Below are positions 26,775 through 32,000 of a stretch of DNA of 32,000 nucleotides, in pieces. Each line of letters starts with the position of its first letter. Position 1 is the stretch's first letter. Origin of the DNA: Thermoproteus tenax Kra 1. Its GTDB lineage: Archaea; Thermoproteota; Thermoprotei; Thermoproteales; Thermoproteaceae. Where the stretch lies: positions 60,001-92,000 of the forward strand of contig NC_016070.1 in the NCBI RefSeq assembly GCF_000253055.1, read 5' to 3'. The notes under the pieces were generated by a model. The model ran no database searches. It was not told the DNA's origin and was given only the letters and a program-made list of their open reading frames with translations. A program made the position numbers and the translations under genes.

Positions 26775-27727
26775 TGGAGTACATAACATTGGGGAGAACC
26801 GATATGAAAGCGTCAAGGATAGGAATGGGGGCTTGGCAGTTCGACGAAAACGCGTGGGGCCCCATGGACTACGAGAGGGCGAAGTCCGTTGTGGCCAGGG
26901 CCTATGAGGCGGGCATAAACTTCTTCGACACAGCCGCCGTATATGGCAGAGGGAGGTCGGAGGAGTTCTTGGGCAGAGCTATAGCGGAACTCGGGCTGAG
27001 GGAGCACGTCTACATAGCCACGAAGATACCGGGGGAGTGGCACAGACGTAACGACGTTTTCAAATCTGTGGAGAACCAGAGACGTCGCCTCAGAGTTGAC
27101 GCAATAGATCTGATACAGCTCCACTGGCCATCCTGTTGGCACAACGTCCCCATATGTGAGACCATGAAGGCATTGGAGGAGCTCGTGGACAGAGGCCTCG
27201 TGAGGTATATAGGCGTGAGCAACTATCCGACACAGCTGTTAGATGCGGCTCGATCTTGTCTATCTAAGACGGACATCGTGACGAGCCAGAACCGTTACAA
27301 CTTGTTGGAGAGGGAGGCCGACAAGGAGCTATTGGGCTATCTCAAGAGGAATGGAATAGTCCTCATCGCCTGGTCTCCGTTAGCTAAGGGCGCCGTCACA
27401 GGCAAATATACCCCCCAGAGCCTCCCTCAGTTCAACGACGTGAGGAGGAACGATCCTCTATTCCAGCCCGAGAACTTGAAGGCAGCCATGCCGCTTATAG
27501 AGGAGGTCAAGAGGCTCGCGGTGAAGTACAACAAGACGCCGGCCCAGATAGCGCTCAACTGGCTCATAAGAGATCCCCACATATATCCGATCCCCGGCGC
27601 CAAATCCCCCGAGCAAGCCATCGAGAATGCGGGCGCCGCCGGCTGGCGCCTCTCCGACGAGGACTGGGCCTCGTTGGACAAGGTCAGCAGAGAGGTCGCC
27701 GAAAAGATAAGCTATGTGACCTATTAG
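26775..27727 (+). CDS. Aldo/keto reductase
   Basis: INFFDTAAVYGRGRSEEFLGRA, DLIQLHWP, GVSNYPT and QNRYNLLERE motifs. Confidence 0.92.
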
Positions 27728-28647
27728 GGCGTCAGAGCCGCCAGGGCGGCCTTGGCTGTGTGCAGCCTGTTCTCGGCCTGATCCCACACCACAGACCTCG
27801 GCCCATCTATCACATCGTCTGTGACCTCCTGACCTCTGTGCGCCGGCAGACAGTGCATGAAGAGCGCTTGAGGCCCGGCCAGGGACATAACTCGGCCGTC
27901 TACTTGATAGGGCCTCAGAAGTCTCACCCGCTCCTCGGCCTCTTTCTCAAACCCCATGGAGACCCACACGTCGGTGTAGACTGCGTCTACGCCCTTTACG
28001 TCCTCTAGCGAGTCGCTCTGGTATATACTGGCGCCAGTCTTGTCCGCATCATCGGAGAGCTTGGAGATATCGTTACGCCACAGCTGTCTGGGCCCAATTA
28101 ATCTGACCTCCCATCCCAGCTTCGACCCTATCACGGCCAGGCTCGCCGCCACATTGTTCCCAACATCGCCGACAAAGGCGACCTTAAGCCCGCTCAACTT
28201 TCCCTTCTTTTCCCACAACGTGAGAGCATCCGCGAGGGCTTGGAGCGGGTGGAATTTGTCCGAGAGGAGGTTAATGACGGGGACGTCGGCATACTGGGCG
28301 AGCTCCTCCAGCGAGCTGTGGCTGTACACCCTTGCCGCGATGACGTGTACATACCTAGACAGCGTCCGCGCAGTATCGGCCACAGTCTCCCCACGGCCCA
28401 ACTGTAGCTCCTGCGCCGAGGTCACTATGACGTTCATGCCAAGCTGGTAGGCTGCCACGGAGGTGGAGACCCTAGTCCTCGTGGAGGGCTTCTCAAAGAT
28501 CAATATTGCAGTCTTCCCGGCATGTATAGGAACAATGATTTCCCCTGCGTGGTACCTCGCCTTGAGGGACTTGGACATCTCTAGCAACATTATAACCTCG
28601 TCCGGCTTAAACTCCATGAGGCTCAACAGATCTCTGCCCCTTAGCAT
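27724..28647 (-). CDS. argF: Ornithine carbamoyltransferase
   Basis: IFEKPSTRTRVS, HPLQALADALT, FMHCLPAHRGQEV and VWDQAENRLHTAKA. Start taken at in-frame ATG 28647. Confidence 0.9.
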   Translation of the reverse strand: MLRGRDLLSLMEFKPDEVIMLLEMSKSLKARYHAGEIIVPIHAGKTAILIFEKPSTRTRVSTSVAAYQLGMNVIVTSAQELQLGRGETVADTARTLSRYVHVIAARVYSHSSLEELAQYADVPVINLLSDKFHPLQALADALTLWEKKGKLSGLKVAFVGDVGNNVAASLAVIGSKLGWEVRLIGPRQLWRNDISKLSDDADKTGASIYQSDSLEDVKGVDAVYTDVWVSMGFEKEAEERVRLLRPYQVDGRVMSLAGPQALFMHCLPAHRGQEVTDDVIDGPRSVVWDQAENRLHTAKAALAALTP

Positions 28648-28700
28648 AGCATGAAGTTTAACGCCATTATAATTTTTTATTGTGGAATAAAGGAGGACCT

Positions 28701-29471
28701 GTGGACGTAGCTCTTTATGCAAGGAGGGGGCGCAAGGCGCCCCAAGTGTTGAGGTTCGCCGAAGAGCTCGGCCTCCCCTATGTCCTAGATCTATCGCGCG
28801 AGAGCTTCGATAAATCCCCTTATCTACATGCAGTGGAGCTTGAGGAGGAGCTTAGGACGTTGCCTGGCACCATAGTCTTTCCCTATTCCGACGACTTCTA
28901 TAAATATGTGGCCATCGCAGATCTATTGAACGTGAAAAGGCTCGTCATGCCCCCTCCTCCCTCGATAGAGGGGCTGCAGAGGATATACGAGGAGGCCGCG
29001 GTCTACTCAGTGGAGGTGAGGTGGCTCTATGGATACCCGCCGCTGGCCAGGCCAGCCGATGTTGAGAGAGTGGCTGAGGTTGTGCATCCCAGGGCCGCCA
29101 AGATAGTGTACGACGTGGCGAAGGCCAAGTCTAACAAGGAGATAATACACAGTCTAGTGCGTCTACAGGGCTATATTGCCTCGATATATCTCTCCAACAA
29201 GAGCGGCTCGAAGAGTCCGCGTTTGCCGCCCTTTGATCCAAGAGGAGTCATAAACTACGTAGACGTCATTCAAGCCGCCCTCCTCCTTCAGTGGGATGGA
29301 CAGTACGTCCTCAGAATGGCTCCGGAGTATGCAGACAGAGCTCCCTCGCAGCTCTCCATTATGAGGGAGGTGGAGGAGACTTTCAGAAACACAGGTAGGG
29401 CATCAAAAAAGGTACAGAGGATGGTAGCCTCGGTCCTCAACGAGATATTCTCGCAGAGCGGCCTAGAATAA
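28701..29471 (+). CDS. Hypothetical protein
   Basis: About 256-aa ORF from GTG 28701, divergent from argF. Confidence 0.65.
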   Translation: MDVALYARRGRKAPQVLRFAEELGLPYVLDLSRESFDKSPYLHAVELEEELRTLPGTIVFPYSDDFYKYVAIADLLNVKRLVMPPPPSIEGLQRIYEEAAVYSVEVRWLYGYPPLARPADVERVAEVVHPRAAKIVYDVAKAKSNKEIIHSLVRLQGYIASIYLSNKSGSKSPRLPPFDPRGVINYVDVIQAALLLQWDGQYVLRMAPEYADRAPSQLSIMREVEETFRNTGRASKKVQRMVASVLNEIFSQSGLE

Positions 29472-29557
29472 TATCGGAATCGGAAATGAGTTCTAAAAAG
29501 CTGGCGCCCAGAACTTATTTATGCCGTGCAAATCCAAGAGCAAGAAGACCGCCGAGG

Positions 29558-29968
29558 CTAAATCGGCCTAGCGAGAGCAGACTTTAATTTTTCGACGACC
29601 TCTTTTGCGACCTCCTCTTTTATCTCCTCTTTGCCGTGCCACGCGAGGTTGCCGCCCCACCTCGGGATCACGTGTATATGGAAGTGGAATATCATCTGCC
29701 CGGCCTCTCTCCCGGCGTTTGTGACTATGTTGACGCCCTTGGCGCCCAGCCTTTTCCAAACTCTGGCGAAGAACGCGGCAGTCGTGAAGCCCCTCGCCAC
29801 TACGTCGTCGGGCGCGTCGAACACGCTCTCGTAGTGCCTCTTGGGCACAACCAATAAGTGTCCATAAGACGCTGGATATTTATCTAAAAATACCACGAGG
29901 TCTTCGTCCTCATATACTTTCCAGGCGGGCAACTCCCCCTTGATTATTTTACAGAATATGCAGTCCAT
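29558..29968 (-). CDS. HIT family hydrolase
   Basis: MDCIFCKIIKGELPAWKVYED and HFHIHVIPRW (HxHxHxx) motif. Confidence 0.92.
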   Translation of the reverse strand: MDCIFCKIIKGELPAWKVYEDEDLVVFLDKYPASYGHLLVVPKRHYESVFDAPDDVVARGFTTAAFFARVWKRLGAKGVNIVTNAGREAGQMIFHFHIHVIPRWGGNLAWHGKEEIKEEVAKEVVEKLKSALARPI

Positions 29969-30012
29969 GGCGAGGAGGGATATGAAATATAAAACTATTG
30001 AGAGCAACGGCC

Positions 30013-30462
30013 ATGGGGCTCACCTACGACGAGTTTCAGCCCGGCGCGAGGATAGTGAGCCACGGCGTCACCGTCACAGAGTCCCACATAGTCCAATTTG
30101 CAGGCCTCACGGGCGACCATAACCCGCTTCATCTAGACGAAGCTTACGCCAAGGGCACTATATTCGGCGGCAGGATCGCCCACGGCCTCCTTACTCTTTC
30201 TCTAGCAGTGGGGCTCATAGCACACTATCTGTACGGAACCACCATAGCGTTGTTGGAGGCTGGCGGAAGGTTCCTCAAGCCGGTCAAGATAGGCGACACT
30301 ATACGCGTGGAGGCCGAGGTGGTCGACAAAAGGCCCTCTGAGAAATACGACGGAGGTATAGTGCACCTGAGGCTTGACGTCAAGAACGACCGGGGCGACA
30401 CAGTCGCCGTGGCTGAGATAAAGGCTCTGGTGTCGCGTAAGAGATGGCAAGGCTCTACGTAG
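30013..30462 (+). CDS. MaoC-like dehydratase / (R)-specific enoyl-CoA hydratase-like
   Basis: FAGLTGDHNPLHLDEAYA...FGGRIAHGLLT. Confidence 0.9.
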   Translation: MGLTYDEFQPGARIVSHGVTVTESHIVQFAGLTGDHNPLHLDEAYAKGTIFGGRIAHGLLTLSLAVGLIAHYLYGTTIALLEAGGRFLKPVKIGDTIRVEAEVVDKRPSEKYDGGIVHLRLDVKNDRGDTVAVAEIKALVSRKRWQGST

Positions 30463-31205
30463 TGGGGCTGGGGATCTCGCCTGCGTTTTTGACTGAGGCC
30501 GCCAAGGAGGCCTTGGAGCGCTCCGATTGCGTCTTCGCCGACTCCTACACAAGCTACTACGACTTCAGCAAGCTCGGCGCTCGCGTCACTCTTTTGGACA
30601 GGAGGGAGCTCGAGGATAGAAGTGGGGCAGCCATAGAGGAGTGTCTGAGGAGGGGCAAGGACGCCGCCCTCTTGGTCCCCGGAGATCCCCTCACGGCCAC
30701 TGCCCACGCCGCCCTCATAGCTGAGTTCAGGAGGAAGGGCCACGAGGTCGTGGTGATACCTGGAGTGTCCATAGTCTGCGCTGCGTTGTCGGCATCGTGT
30801 CTCTCAGTATATAAGCTCGGAGGCGTGGCCACTGTGACGTACCCGAGGCTGGGAGTTTACTCGCTGAGGCCCTACGAGGTGGTCGAGCAGAATCTGCAGA
30901 GGGGTCTCCACACGCTTCTGCTCCTCGATATAAGAGACGACGGAGGCTTCATGACGCCCTCGGACGCCGCCAATATACTGATGGAGCTTGAGGCGCGGGA
31001 GAGGAGGGGGGTCTTCAGCGGAGATAGAAGAGTGATAACGGTCTATCGCCTCGGTTGGCCCGAGGGAGGCGTAGCCGCGGCTCCGTTGGCCGAGTTGGCC
31101 TCTTCTGCATATCCAGCGCCGGCGGTAATCATAGTGCCCGCACGCCTCAGCCCTGTGGAGAGGGAGTGCCTCGTCTCGCTCTACGGAGCTCCCTTAGACA
31201 TATAA
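30444..31205 (+). CDS. dphB: Diphthine synthase
   Basis: YVVGLGISP, YTSYYD, LLVPGDPLTATAH, VIPGVSIVCAA. Confidence 0.92.
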   Translation: MARLYVVGLGISPAFLTEAAKEALERSDCVFADSYTSYYDFSKLGARVTLLDRRELEDRSGAAIEECLRRGKDAALLVPGDPLTATAHAALIAEFRRKGHEVVVIPGVSIVCAALSASCLSVYKLGGVATVTYPRLGVYSLRPYEVVEQNLQRGLHTLLLLDIRDDGGFMTPSDAANILMELEARERRGVFSGDRRVITVYRLGWPEGGVAAAPLAELASSAYPAPAVIIVPARLSPVERECLVSLYGAPLDI

Positions 31206-31226
31206 ACAGTCCGGATAGATATAGAC

Positions 31227-32000
31227 ATGAGCATTAGAGCGCCCATAGCAGTCGTAGTGGGGCACGTAGACGTGGGGAAGACCCTCCTTCTAGATAAGAT
31301 AAGGGGCACTGCTGTGGCCTACCGGGAGCCCGGCATGATAACGCAACACGTGGGGATGTCCTTCGTCCCGTGGGCGGCAGTGGAGAAGTTCGCAGGCCCT
31401 CTAGTGGATAAACTGAGGCTGAGGGGGAAGATATGGATCCCCGGCTTTCTCTTCATAGACACGCCGGGACACGCCGCTTTCTCCAACTTGAGGAAGAGGG
31501 GGGGTTCCGTGGCCGACGTGGCCGTGCTCGTCGTCGACATAACTTCGGGGCTCGAGGAACAAGGCCTTGAATCGCTCAACCTCATCAGAGCAAGAGGAGT
31601 GCCCTTCGTGATAGCGGCCAACAAGTTGGACAGAATCTATGGGTGGAAGTCGGAGCAGAATAGGCCGTTTCTCTTTTCAGTGGAACAACAAGACTGGCAC
31701 GCAGTCTCGTTGCTCGAGGAGTCCATCGGGAAGCTCATAGATCAACTGTCCAGGCTCGGCATAGAGGCGGATAGATATGATAGAGTCAGAGACTTTGCAC
31801 AACAAGTCCCTATAGTGCCCACGAGCGCCGTGACGGGCGAAGGCATAGCGGACCTACTCCTGACATTAGCCGGCATATCGCAGAGGTTTGTCTCAAAGGA
31901 GAAGCTCGCCGTCAGAGAGGGGCCCGCGAGAGGCGTTGTGATGGAGGTAAAGGAGGAGAGGGGGCTTGGCACCGTGTTGGACGCCATAATCTACGACGGA
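31227..32000 (+). CDS. infB: Translation initiation factor aIF5B/IF-2, 5' part, runs off the window
   Basis: [35 protein letters not shown] and NKLD GTPase motifs in frame to the window end. Confidence 0.92.
   Translation, partial: MSIRAPIAVVVGHVDVGKTLLLDKIRGTAVAYREPGMITQHVGMSFVPWAAVEKFAGPLVDKLRLRGKIWIPGFLFIDTPGHAAFSNLRKRGGSVADVAVLVVDITSGLEEQGLESLNLIRARGVPFVIAANKLDRIYGWKSEQNRPFLFSVEQQDWHAVSLLEESIGKLIDQLSRLGIEADRYDRVRDFAQQVPIVPTSAVTGEGIADLLLTLAGISQRFVSKEKLAVREGPARGVVMEVKEERGLGTVLDAIIYDG

Noticed and set aside
31227-31275. Unusual G1 motif GHVDVGKT in aIF5B (many IF-2 family members have GHVDHGKT)
   Set aside because: The position before GKT varies in eukaryotic/archaeal IF5B proteins and the rest of the GTPase core is intact, so it is not evidence of altered function.

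Overview
This window is a gene-dense stretch of a hyperthermophilic crenarchaeal chromosome. Gene content, TATA-box spacing, leaderless starts and an intron-bearing tRNA suggest Thermoproteales (inference). I see no mobile element, CRISPR array or defence island.

Main content, left to right: a partial intron-containing tRNA(CAT) and tRNA-Val(CAC); a radical SAM/SPASM protein; a complete ECF-type importer (S, fused A1-A2 ATPase, T); an MFS transporter; an isolated nuoB-nuoC pair; a membrane glycosyltransferase cluster that includes a 52-aa CxxC protein missing from the supplied ORF track; a Psr/Phs/Sre-like molybdoenzyme operon with a Tat signal, followed by an eIF2B-like gene; an MBL-fold hydrolase; an amidohydrolase; truA; a family-5 solute-binding protein facing its Opp/Dpp-type permeases and ATPase; dph6; a PTP-like phosphatase; DUF72; an aldo/keto reductase; argF; HIT; MaoC; dphB; and the 5' part of aIF5B.

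The most interesting unexplained signals are three intergenic regions with nested inverted repeats. In each, the non-Watson-Crick positions become G:U pairs on only one strand, and a TATA-like element lies roughly at the expected distance. They are candidate structured RNAs of unassigned identity. Secondary points are the non-canonical tRNA intron, the small CxxC ORF, a perfect 9-bp hairpin upstream of the radical SAM gene, three convergent gene pairs with interlocked stop codons, and a stand-alone protein resembling the VAT/Cdc48 N-domain. No wholly new multi-gene system can be claimed from sequence alone.
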